From an uncultured Bacteroidia bacterium (GTDB lineage Bacteria > Bacteroidota > Bacteroidia > Palsa-948), in assembly GCA_964498865.1 (NCBI GenBank), contig CAZCJN010000006.1:1-34340 (forward strand): a stretch of DNA of 34,340 bases, read 5' to 3'. The translations under genes and the position numbers were made by a program. Shown here in pieces: positions 18,463 through 27,459 of the stretch; within the stretch, counting starts at the first letter, position 1; every line of letters begins with the position of its first letter. The notes below the pieces were generated by a model. The model saw only the letters and a list, made by a program, of their open reading frames with translations. It searched no databases and was not told the DNA's origin.

Positions 18463-19689
18463 ATGCTGAAAAAAATAAGAGCCCTTCCCACAGAAGATAA
18501 GGTTAACTACTTTCTGTGCTTTAGCTTAATTGGTGTTAGTGGAATGCCTTATTTTTTTGGTTCAATTTACAATACCCTTATATTTTTTATGATTTCGCTG
18601 TTTATTTTTTTAAAGCGAAGCATAAGGTTTGACACGCGTTCATTAAATATTATGGGTGTATTTTTTTTAGTTGAATTATTACAGGCTGTATTTGTTTATT
18701 CCATAGCACCTGTAACATACATGGGAACTGTGTTACGTTTTATGTTTGCTTATGTAGTTGTTGCTATATGTAACAAAAAATTTATTATTTATTATGTAAA
18801 TATTCTTTATTTTCTTGCTGTCGTTAGCTTTGTTTTCTACATACCAACAGCGTTTATCCCGGGTGTTTATGATTTTTTTGTTTCTACTATTGCCCCTCTT
18901 TTTCCGGCTGCTGAATCCAGTACAGATAATCCCTTTTATGCTATTCAATCTACAATTGTGATTTTTACGCTGCATCCGACAATTCTTATGTTTCGTAATC
19001 CTGGTGCATTTTGGGAACCGGGAGCCTATGCCATTTTTTTGAACCTTGCACTGATCTTTAATATTATAATTACAGGTAAGCTAGTAAACAAAAAAAATGT
19101 TTTGTTTACAATTGCTATTATTTCTACACTCTCAACTACAGGATTTGTGGCTATGTTTATACTGATAGCATCCTTCTTTTTGGTTACCGGTGAATTATCG
19201 AAAAAAGCATTTATTTTAATAATGTTTGCACCACTTGCTATATATTTATTTTTTACGCTTGACTTCTTAGGCTCAAAAATCAGCCAGAATATGGAGTTGA
19301 AAGATGATACCACATCGCGATTTGGTAGTGCAGCAGCCGATCTTGAAGATTTTTCTACAAGTCCTTTGATAGGATGGGGTAAAGGTGAAAAACGTTTTGG
19401 AGGCAAAGAATTTACCTTTTTTACAGTAGATCAGCATCGTAACAATGGCCTTACCAATCTTCTTGCTACCTATGGTATATTTGCGTTTCTAACATTGTTA
19501 TACAATTATTTAAAAACCTTCAATGCGTTATGTTCAGAGTATTCATTTACAGGAACTTTTGCATTCTTGTGTTTTCTTATTATGATGATGATGGGATTTG
19601 GGGAATCTATTTTTCAGTACCCTTTCTTTTTTAGCATTATGTTTTTACATCTTGCGTATACTAAACATAACTCAATAACTGTACGATAA
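18463..19689 (+). CDS. wzy: O-antigen polymerase / ligase-like polytopic membrane protein
   Basis: 408 aa with about 10 or more TM helices and one larger loop (KISQNMELKDDTTSRFGSAAADLEDFSTSPLIGWGKGE). Positioned between the two GT2 genes. Wzy proteins are poorly conserved, so the call rests mostly on context and topology. Confidence 0.55.
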   Translation: MLKKIRALPTEDKVNYFLCFSLIGVSGMPYFFGSIYNTLIFFMISLFIFLKRSIRFDTRSLNIMGVFFLVELLQAVFVYSIAPVTYMGTVLRFMFAYVVVAICNKKFIIYYVNILYFLAVVSFVFYIPTAFIPGVYDFFVSTIAPLFPAAESSTDNPFYAIQSTIVIFTLHPTILMFRNPGAFWEPGAYAIFLNLALIFNIIITGKLVNKKNVLFTIAIISTLSTTGFVAMFILIASFFLVTGELSKKAFILIMFAPLAIYLFFTLDFLGSKISQNMELKDDTTSRFGSAAADLEDFSTSPLIGWGKGEKRFGGKEFTFFTVDQHRNNGLTNLLATYGIFAFLTLLYNYLKTFNALCSEYSFTGTFAFLCFLIMMMMGFGESIFQYPFFFSIMFLHLAYTKHNSITVR

Positions 19690-19738
19690 TAATTAGATAT
19701 GTTTCATATTATAAATTAATAATTTCCAGTCAATATCT

Positions 19739-20587
19739 ATGAAATATTATGTGATTACACCCGCTAAAAATGAAGAAGCGTTTATTGCTTATACACTAGA
19801 GTCGATGGTTAAGCAAACCCTCAAGCCTATAAAATGGATTATTGTAGATGATGGTTCAACTGATAAAACAAGAGAGATTATTGAAAAATATAGTAGATTG
19901 AATGACTGGATAGAAGTTCTTACTATTGAAAACAAACAAGAACAGAAATCATATGGTTCTAAAGTAATTCGCGCATTTAATGTTGGATATAAGAAAATAA
20001 AAGATTTCGATTTTGATTTCATTGTAAAATTAGATGCTGATTTAACATTCCCTGCAGATTATTTTCAAAAAATAGCTCAAGCATTTTCTGCTGATGATGC
20101 TATTGGAATTTGTGGTGGGTATATTGTAGAAAATGAGAATGATAGAAATATTAAAGCTTCCCGCTTTCCAAGAGTGGAGGGTGCAGTTAAGTCAGTACGC
20201 ATGAAATGTTTTAACGATATAGGGGGCTTTTTAGAAGAGAACGGTTGGGATGGAATAGATTTGCTGCATGCCCAATATTTAAATTGGAAAGTTGCAAACA
20301 TTCCTGTGAATGTATTACACCATCGCCCCGAAACAGCCGAGTACCGTTCGTTAAGATTTTTTTATAATAATGGCATTACTCACTATAGGCAGGCAAATGA
20401 TTTGTTCCTCACGTTTGTCAGGGCATTAGTAATGCTTAAGAAGAAGCCTTATTTTTTAGCCAGCTTCAGTTATGTGAGAGGATATTTGAATGCATTCTTT
20501 TCTCATACTCCCAAGTTAGTAGATGATGGACTTGCCAGGTTTATAAAAGGATACCATTATCAAAGATTGTTTAACTTTAAAAGATAA
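19739..20587 (+). CDS. family 2 glycosyltransferase
   Basis: YYVITPAKNEE...WIIVDDGSTDKT and VKLDADL (DxD), typical of a GT-A fold. Confidence 0.8.
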   Translation: MKYYVITPAKNEEAFIAYTLESMVKQTLKPIKWIIVDDGSTDKTREIIEKYSRLNDWIEVLTIENKQEQKSYGSKVIRAFNVGYKKIKDFDFDFIVKLDADLTFPADYFQKIAQAFSADDAIGICGGYIVENENDRNIKASRFPRVEGAVKSVRMKCFNDIGGFLEENGWDGIDLLHAQYLNWKVANIPVNVLHHRPETAEYRSLRFFYNNGITHYRQANDLFLTFVRALVMLKKKPYFLASFSYVRGYLNAFFSHTPKLVDDGLARFIKGYHYQRLFNFKR

Positions 20588-20597
20588 ATTTTTATTT

Positions 20598-21425
20598 GTG
20601 CTAAAAGTATCATTGACCCACGACGTTGATCGTACACAAAAAACGTATCAATATCTTACAGGATTTGTAAAAGGACTCCGAAAAGGTAACTTTTCCGAAG
20701 CACTGTATCATATCACGCCACAAAAAAAAGAGCCTTATTGGAATATTTATGACATAGCCAAACTGGAAGATTCTTATGGATTACGTTCTACATTTTTTAT
20801 CTTGGATGAGAGCATAAAATTCAATCCATTGAAGCCAAGCACCTTTGCATTAGCAGTAGGCAGGTATGATATGTTTGAACCCAAGATTCAGGATGCTTTG
20901 AGATATCTCGATAAGAATGGTTGGGAAATAGGTTTACATGGTTCGTTTTTGTCCTATAACAATAAAGAACTGTTAGGGAGAGAAAAGAGTAGGTTAGAAT
21001 CCATTATAGGACATCCGGTTTTAGGAACACGTCAGCACCATCTGAATATGGATGATACAACCTGGAAGATTCATGAAGAGCTTGGATTTTTATATGACTC
21101 TACCTGGGGGTCAAATGATGATATAGGTTTTGTAGGCGGAAAAATAAAACCATTCAAGCCAAACGGAACAAAATTCACAGTGTTTCCTTTGTTGCTTATG
21201 GATGTATGTTTTATGCCCATTCAAAATAAATGGGAGCGTTTTGAAAAATTATTGGATGAAGTTGAGCAAAATGATGCAATATTGGTAGTGAACTATCACC
21301 ACAGGGTATATAATGAGAAAGAATACCCGGGCTATAAAGCTTCTTATATTCGCATCATAGAATCTGCATTGAAACGAAATGCAGAAATTGCTCCATTAAT
21401 TAAATTTTATAACAAGCTTGCTTAG
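20598..21425 (+). CDS. polysaccharide deacetylase-like (CE4-related) protein
   Basis: N-terminal THDVD metal-site-like motif, LRSTFFIL strand and GWEIGLHGS His motif. The GTG start lies 10 nt after the preceding stop. The HDVD motif at residues 8-11 rules out the downstream ATGs. Confidence 0.55.
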   Translation: MLKVSLTHDVDRTQKTYQYLTGFVKGLRKGNFSEALYHITPQKKEPYWNIYDIAKLEDSYGLRSTFFILDESIKFNPLKPSTFALAVGRYDMFEPKIQDALRYLDKNGWEIGLHGSFLSYNNKELLGREKSRLESIIGHPVLGTRQHHLNMDDTTWKIHEELGFLYDSTWGSNDDIGFVGGKIKPFKPNGTKFTVFPLLLMDVCFMPIQNKWERFEKLLDEVEQNDAILVVNYHHRVYNEKEYPGYKASYIRIIESALKRNAEIAPLIKFYNKLA

Positions 21426-21459
21426 CCTTGCTAATATATTTTTATACTTAAACTGATTC

Positions 21460-22533
21460 GTGAAGATACTTATAGATATAGGACATCCTGCCCACGTTCA
21501 TTATTTCAAAAACTTTATTTGGATAATGCAAAAAAAAGGGCATCAGATTACGATAACAGCCCGTGACAAAGAAGTAGCTTTTAAATTACTTGATTACTAT
21601 AAATTTACATATTTCAAAAGAGGAAAAGGGGGAAATGGATACATTGGTAAATTGTTATACATTTTGTGGGCAGATTATTTTCTTTTCAAAAAAGCGTTGG
21701 AGGTTAAGCCGGATATATTTTTAAGTTTTGGTTCTCCTTATGCTGCGCAGGTAGCATGGCTGTTGAAAAAACCACATATTGCTTTTGATGATACGGATCA
21801 CAACCCTTTTTCACATGCTATGTATGTACCATTTACAACAGCAATATTAACCCCCAAATTCTATTTAAAAGATCAGGGAAATCGTCAAATTCGTTTTGAT
21901 AGTTTTATGGAATTATGTGCGCTCCATCCGAATCAATTTATTCCTAACCTTTCTCACATACAAGATGAACCGCGTCTTCAGGGTGCTGATAAATATATTG
22001 TATTAAGATTTGTTTCATGGGGTGCTAGTCACGATATGGGTTTGAAAGGATTAACATTACAAGAAAAATATTCACTGGTTAAAGAACTATCAAAATATAT
22101 TAAAGTAGTTATCTCCTCTGAGTCGCTGCTGCCCGATGACTTACAGGAATATGCATATAGTACACATCCTGCTTTTATGCATGATCTGTTAAACGGTGCA
22201 TCATTGCTGGTAAGTGAAAGTCTTACCATGTCTGCTGAAGCTGCATTTTTAGGTACTCCTGCTCTCTGCATAAGTACTGCCCAGGCCGGTACATTAAATG
22301 AAGAAGTGAAATTGGGGTTAATCGAGCTATTTAGAACGAGCGATGGATTAATTGAGCGTGCAATTGAGCTTGTTAAGAACAGTTCATATAAGGAAACATA
22401 TAAAGAAAAATCAAAAGAGATTGTTAAAAACAAACTTGATCTTACTGCATTTATGGTTTGGTTTGTAGAAAATTTCCCCAATAGCTTTTCAATTATGAAA
22501 CAAACACCTGATTATCAAAACCGATTTAAGTAA
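21460..22533 (+). CDS. DUF354-family protein, paralog A (predicted GT-B-like fold; function unknown)
   Basis: The N-terminal signature MKILIDIGHPAHVHYFKNFI matches my memory of the DUF354 family. The GTG start is supported because it aligns residue-for-residue with the ATG start of paralog B. Confidence 0.7.
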   Translation: MKILIDIGHPAHVHYFKNFIWIMQKKGHQITITARDKEVAFKLLDYYKFTYFKRGKGGNGYIGKLLYILWADYFLFKKALEVKPDIFLSFGSPYAAQVAWLLKKPHIAFDDTDHNPFSHAMYVPFTTAILTPKFYLKDQGNRQIRFDSFMELCALHPNQFIPNLSHIQDEPRLQGADKYIVLRFVSWGASHDMGLKGLTLQEKYSLVKELSKYIKVVISSESLLPDDLQEYAYSTHPAFMHDLLNGASLLVSESLTMSAEAAFLGTPALCISTAQAGTLNEEVKLGLIELFRTSDGLIERAIELVKNSSYKETYKEKSKEIVKNKLDLTAFMVWFVENFPNSFSIMKQTPDYQNRFK

Positions 22534-22535
22534 AT

Positions 22536-23549
22536 ATGTCAGAAAAAACTACGGGCATACAGATTAATGAAAACCCCGATAAGAAAAAGTGGGATGATTT
22601 TGTATTAAACCATCCATTGGGAAATATATTTCAAACATCCTTAATATACGATGTATATAAAAAAACACCTTATAATGATGCTGGTGTAATTGCCTTAGAA
22701 GATGCTGATAAAAATATAAAGGGTATTTTGGTATATACCCTCATTTTTGAGCCTGGAATTAAAAGTCGTTTCTCAACACGTTCAATCATTAATGGCGGAC
22801 CTATTATCAGCGATAATAATAGCCAGTTCACTAAACAGATCCTTGACTATTACAACGAGAAGATTAAAAAAACAAAGGTTATATATACTGAAGTAAGAAA
22901 TCTATTTGATGTACAACTGCTGAATGAACCCTTTTTAAAATGTGGCTTTTCTCACATTGAACACATGACTATTCATAATGATCTTACTTTGCCTGTTGAG
23001 GAAATGAAAAAAGCATTACACAGGGGTAGGGCATCTAATATTAAAAGAGCGCTTAATAAAAACATGCAAATAAGGCAGCTTGTAACCAAAGATGAAATAA
23101 TGCAGGGGCATGACCTTATTGCTAAAACATATGAAAGAATTAATTTGCCATCTCCTGACCCTAACTTGTTTTTAAATACAGCTGAAATTTTAAAAGATAA
23201 ATGCCGCATTGTAGGAGCTTTTGCAGATGATAAACTTATTGGCTGCAGAGTTTATTTGATCTATAAAGAGTCAATGTATGACTGGTATGCAGCTATTGAT
23301 ATGAAGTATTCTAATTACCAGGTAGCTGATCTTATGCCATGGCATAATATGCTATGGGGAAAAGAAAATGGAATTAAAGTATATGATTTTGCCGGTGCAG
23401 GTAAACCAACTCAGGATTATTCCGTTAGAGATTATAAATTGAAGTTTGGAGGTAAGTTATTGTCTTTTGGAAGGTATTATTATGTGCATAAACCATTATT
23501 ATATAATGTGGGAAAATTAGGAATGAAAGTTTATAAGTATATAAGATAG
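22536..23549 (+). CDS. FemAB-family / double-GNAT (Acetyltransf_6-like) acyl- or aminoacyl-transferase
   Basis: 337 aa. C-terminal signature YDFAGAG...YSVRDYKLKFGGKLLSFG resembles the FemAB-family Y-x-F-K-x-x-F-G-G motif. The size fits a two-GNAT-lobe protein without the coiled-coil insertion. The start is 2 nt after the DUF354-A stop. Confidence 0.6.
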   Translation: MSEKTTGIQINENPDKKKWDDFVLNHPLGNIFQTSLIYDVYKKTPYNDAGVIALEDADKNIKGILVYTLIFEPGIKSRFSTRSIINGGPIISDNNSQFTKQILDYYNEKIKKTKVIYTEVRNLFDVQLLNEPFLKCGFSHIEHMTIHNDLTLPVEEMKKALHRGRASNIKRALNKNMQIRQLVTKDEIMQGHDLIAKTYERINLPSPDPNLFLNTAEILKDKCRIVGAFADDKLIGCRVYLIYKESMYDWYAAIDMKYSNYQVADLMPWHNMLWGKENGIKVYDFAGAGKPTQDYSVRDYKLKFGGKLLSFGRYYYVHKPLLYNVGKLGMKVYKYIR

Positions 23550-23567
23550 ATAGTTGTTAGTATCGTT

Positions 23568-24656
23568 ATGAGGATATTAATTGACATAGGCCATCCTGCT
23601 CATGTTCATTATTTCAAAAACTTTATTTGGAATATGAAAGACAAAGGGCATTTAGTTCATATTGTATCGAGAGATAAAGAAGTTGCCTTTAGTTTATTGG
23701 ATTATTATATGCTCCCTTATGTAAATAGGGGAAAAGGCAAAAAGGGCATTATAGGTAAGTTGTTTTATATTTTACAGGCTGATTTTTTTATTTTTAAGCA
23801 GGCACTTAAATTTAAACCTGATATTTTCCTTAGTGCAGGCTCCATGTATGCTGCTCATATTTCCTGGTTAATGCGGAAACCTCATGTTGCGTTAGACGAT
23901 ACGGATCATAATACTTTTCAGCATTTAATGTATGTACCCTTTACCTCTGATATTTTAACTCCTAAAGTATTTCAGAAAGATTTTGGAAAAAAACATATTC
24001 GTTTTGATGGTTTTCTTGAATTGGGTTCATTGCATCCCTCAAGATTTAAGCCTAACCCTGAAAATATTAAAGATTTATTACAAGGATCGGATAAAAACCG
24101 GTATGTTATCCTACGCTTTGTTTCCTGGGATGCCAGTCATGATATAGGTTTAAAAGGCCTATCGTTAGCTGATAAATATTTATTGGTAAAAGAGCTGTCC
24201 AAGTATGCTAAAGTTATAATTTCGTCGGAGTCTCCTCTCCCTGATGATTTAAAAAAGTATGCTTTTAAAACCCACCCTGCGTATATGCACGATGTGCTGA
24301 ATAGTGCTAGTTTGTTAGTAAGCGAAAGTTTAACCATGTCTGCAGAAGCCGCCTTTTTAGGAACACCTGCCTTGTGTATAAGCACCGCTCAAGCCGGTAC
24401 GTTGGATGAAGAAGTTAAATTAGGATTGATTGAGCTATATAGGTCGAGTGAGGGATTGGTAGATCGAGCCATCCAAATAGTAAAAGATGATTCTTATAAA
24501 AATGTTTTCAAGCTTAAATCAAGAGAAATATTAAACACCAAAGTAGATCTTTCAGGTTACATAAGTTGGTTTTTGGAAAATTATCCGGGCAGTAGAAAGA
24601 TAGCAGGTGATTCAAAATATCAATATAACAATTCAGAAAAGTTTTATAATACATAA
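23568..24656 (+). CDS. DUF354-family protein, paralog B
   Basis: MRILIDIGHPAHVHYFKNFIW... is collinear with paralog A. By hand count, 70 of the first 100 residues are identical. Confidence 0.7.
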   Translation: MRILIDIGHPAHVHYFKNFIWNMKDKGHLVHIVSRDKEVAFSLLDYYMLPYVNRGKGKKGIIGKLFYILQADFFIFKQALKFKPDIFLSAGSMYAAHISWLMRKPHVALDDTDHNTFQHLMYVPFTSDILTPKVFQKDFGKKHIRFDGFLELGSLHPSRFKPNPENIKDLLQGSDKNRYVILRFVSWDASHDIGLKGLSLADKYLLVKELSKYAKVIISSESPLPDDLKKYAFKTHPAYMHDVLNSASLLVSESLTMSAEAAFLGTPALCISTAQAGTLDEEVKLGLIELYRSSEGLVDRAIQIVKDDSYKNVFKLKSREILNTKVDLSGYISWFLENYPGSRKIAGDSKYQYNNSEKFYNT

Positions 24657-24680
24657 TATCATTATACCTTCATAATATAT

Positions 24681-25475
24681 ATGAGAGACTTTACTCTTAT
24701 TTCCTATGAACACTTGCTTACTACATTTAAGCAAAAGGGATATTCATTTTTTACGTTCGAGGAATATTTGCTGACTAAACCCGCTGGTAAAGTTGTTATT
24801 TTAAGGCATGATGTAGATGATCTTCCGGGTAATTCTTTAAACACCGCAAAGATTGAAAATAGATTGGGAATTAAAGGAGTGTATTATTTCCGAATTGTAA
24901 AACAAAGCAACCACCCTGAGATTATAAAAGCTATTGCTGCATTAGGACATGAAATAGGCTATCATTATGAAGATCTTACATTAGCATGGGGAAATACAGA
25001 GAAAGCTATTTCTAACTTTAAGAAGAACCTTGAATATTTCCGCACTTATTATCCTGTTAAAACAATATGTATGCACGGAAGCCCAATGAGTACGTGGGAT
25101 AATAAAGATGTATGGAAAAAATATTCCTATAAAGATTTTGGAATTATTGGAGAACCTTATTATGATATAGACTTTAAAGTTTTTTGTTATTTAACAGATA
25201 CCGGCAGGAGATGGAATGGAGGACAAGTGAGCGTAAGGGATAAGGTTGTTTCATCCTATAATTTTAATTTTGAGACTACATTAAACATTACAGAGAATAT
25301 ACAGAAACTGCCTGACAAGATAATGATAACAGTTCATCCACAACGTTGGTCAGATAACTGGTTCATATGGACTAAAGAATTAATCCTTCAGAATGTTAAA
25401 AATGTAGTTAAACGCCTTATAGCATCTCCTAAGGCTGGTATGACTTCATTACTTACTTATTTTAATATGGTTTGA
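24681..25475 (+). CDS. polysaccharide deacetylase-like (CE4-related) protein
   Basis: VVILRHDVDD, GIKGVYYF and GHEIGYHYE follow the same HDVD...G-H-E-I-G-x-H pattern as 20598-21425. The two are otherwise only distantly similar. Confidence 0.5.
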   Translation: MRDFTLISYEHLLTTFKQKGYSFFTFEEYLLTKPAGKVVILRHDVDDLPGNSLNTAKIENRLGIKGVYYFRIVKQSNHPEIIKAIAALGHEIGYHYEDLTLAWGNTEKAISNFKKNLEYFRTYYPVKTICMHGSPMSTWDNKDVWKKYSYKDFGIIGEPYYDIDFKVFCYLTDTGRRWNGGQVSVRDKVVSSYNFNFETTLNITENIQKLPDKIMITVHPQRWSDNWFIWTKELILQNVKNVVKRLIASPKAGMTSLLTYFNMV

Positions 25476-25524
25476 GTTATAGAATTAATTCCATTAAATA
25501 TAACTACCATAGAGTGCATTTTGA

Positions 25525-25532
25525 TATCTTTG
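25525..25532 (+). promoter_or_regulatory. possible Bacteroidota sigma-A -7 element (TAnnTTTG match: tatctttg)
   Basis: Exact match to the published Bacteroidetes -7 consensus TAnnTTTG. It lies in the only sizeable intra-locus gap (143 bp), about 87 nt upstream of the asnB-like start. I saw no well-spaced -33 TTG, so the call is weak. Confidence 0.2.
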
Positions 25533-25618
25533 CCCCCTATTTTATAAGACATAATCAAGGTATTTATACTTTTTTAACGTTATTTATTCAGTTTTTTAAA
25601 TTTATAATCTAATAATGT

Positions 25619-27445
25619 ATGTGTGGCATTGCCGGTATAGTTAATTTATCTGAACGACCCGTTACAATGGACGATATTTCCGGTATGCTTAAGACCATTA
25701 AACATCGGGGGCCGGATGATGAAGGAACTTATTTCAAAGATAATATTGGTATCGGACAAGTCAGGTTAAGTATTATAGATCTTTCATCTGCAGGACATCA
25801 ACCCATGTTTAGTAATGAAAACAGGTACAGCATTGTTTTTAATGGAGAGATATATAACTACCTGGAGTTAAAGGAAGTGTTAAAGGATAAATATAGTTTT
25901 AAAACTAAAAGTGATACTGAAGTTATATTGGCAGCTTATTCCGTTTGGGGAGAGGATTGTTTATCGAAGTTTAATGGAGATTTTTCTTTTGTTATTTACG
26001 ATGTTCAGGAAAAAGTATTTTTTGGTGCCCGTGATCGTTTTGGAGTAAAACCATTCTACTATCATCAAAATCAAACAGGATTCTATTTTGCTTCTGAAAT
26101 AAAAGCATTATTACCTAAAGTAGCGAACGTAGAGCCCAATAATAAGTCGATATTTGAATACTTGGTTTATAATCGAACCGATCAATCACATGAAACATTT
26201 TTTAAAGATATTTTTAAGTTAAAGCATGGTCATTGTTTTACTATCAAGAATGCCAAGGTAAATTTTAAACAATGGTATAACCTTCCCAACCAAGTAAAAT
26301 ATCCTACTCCTTTAACACCCAAAGAGTTTAGAGAAGAAATTAAAAAATCAGTAGCTCTTCGTTTGCGTAGTGATGTACCGGTTGGCGTTTGTTTGAGTGG
26401 AGGTATGGATTCTTCTACCTTAACCTCGGTGATGTATAATGACTTTTCAGCAAAGGAATTACAAACATTTTCGGCAATATATGAACGAGGAACCTGGGCA
26501 GATGAAAGTCCCTATGTATATGCATTTAAGGATAAGCTCAAGCACATGCATACCATCACTCCAACAGCAGATACTTTTTATAATGAGTTTATAGATTTTA
26601 TAGTTTCTCAAGGCGAACCTATCCCCGGAGTAAGTCCCTATGCACAGTATAAGGTAATGCAATTAGCTAAGGGAAATGTGGTGGTTACCTTGGACGGACA
26701 GGGGGCCGATGAAATGCTAGGTGGGTATCCATACTTGTATGGAAGCTACTTTAAAGAGTTACTTACCAACTTTAAATTTATTACTTTGTTGAAGGAGGCT
26801 ATAGGATATTATAAAAACAATCCTTCGAAAGATGCCTATACCTATTTCGTTTACTACATGCTGCCCATAAGTTTAAAAGGTTATGCAAGTAGTAAGAAAT
26901 TTGGAAGTGTAAGTACAGAGTTTTACAATCGTTATCAAAAAGAATCAACCATATCTGCAGATTTTTATAATCCGAAATCATTACATGAATTCTTTCTACA
27001 GCATTTTGAACATAAATTAGAACATTTATTGAAGTGGGATGATCTCAACTCTATGCGCTTCTCTATAGAATCAAGAGTTCCGTTTCTAGATCACAACCTG
27101 GTAGAAAAAGCTTTATCTCTTCCTGCTAATCTTACACATAAGGGCGGGGTGAGTAAATATATCTTAAGAGAGTCGGTGAAAGATATATTGCCTGAAAAAA
27201 TATACAACAGAAAAGATAAAAAGGGTTTTGAGACTCCTTCGGATGAATGGTTTAGGACAACTCGGTTTCAGAAATATATTACAGATATGTTGAATTCTGA
27301 GAAATTTAAAAATCGCGGGTATTTTAATGTACAGGATTGTAAAAACAAATATCAAAGCCACTTAGAAAAGAAAGGAAATCACTCGAAAGATATTTGGAAA
27401 TGGATAAATCTGGAAGTATGGTTCCAAAAATTTATAGATAAATAA
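25619..27445 (+). CDS. asnB: asparagine synthase (glutamine-hydrolysing) family amidotransferase
   Basis: Ntn glutaminase start MCGIAGI, then HRGPDD, NGEIYNY and ARDRFGVKPFYY. Synthetase PP-loop CLSGGMDSS. Confidence 0.9.
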   Translation: MCGIAGIVNLSERPVTMDDISGMLKTIKHRGPDDEGTYFKDNIGIGQVRLSIIDLSSAGHQPMFSNENRYSIVFNGEIYNYLELKEVLKDKYSFKTKSDTEVILAAYSVWGEDCLSKFNGDFSFVIYDVQEKVFFGARDRFGVKPFYYHQNQTGFYFASEIKALLPKVANVEPNNKSIFEYLVYNRTDQSHETFFKDIFKLKHGHCFTIKNAKVNFKQWYNLPNQVKYPTPLTPKEFREEIKKSVALRLRSDVPVGVCLSGGMDSSTLTSVMYNDFSAKELQTFSAIYERGTWADESPYVYAFKDKLKHMHTITPTADTFYNEFIDFIVSQGEPIPGVSPYAQYKVMQLAKGNVVVTLDGQGADEMLGGYPYLYGSYFKELLTNFKFITLLKEAIGYYKNNPSKDAYTYFVYYMLPISLKGYASSKKFGSVSTEFYNRYQKESTISADFYNPKSLHEFFLQHFEHKLEHLLKWDDLNSMRFSIESRVPFLDHNLVEKALSLPANLTHKGGVSKYILRESVKDILPEKIYNRKDKKGFETPSDEWFRTTRFQKYITDMLNSEKFKNRGYFNVQDCKNKYQSHLEKKGNHSKDIWKWINLEVWFQKFIDK

Positions 27446-27459
27446 TTTCTGCATTATTA

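Noticed and set aside
22029-22481. 150-aa minus-strand ORF inside DUF354 paralog A, and the analogous 82-aa ORF at 24137-24385 inside paralog B
   Set aside because: Both are antisense shadows of the conserved DUF354 coding frame. They recur only because the sense-strand protein sequence is conserved between the paralogs.
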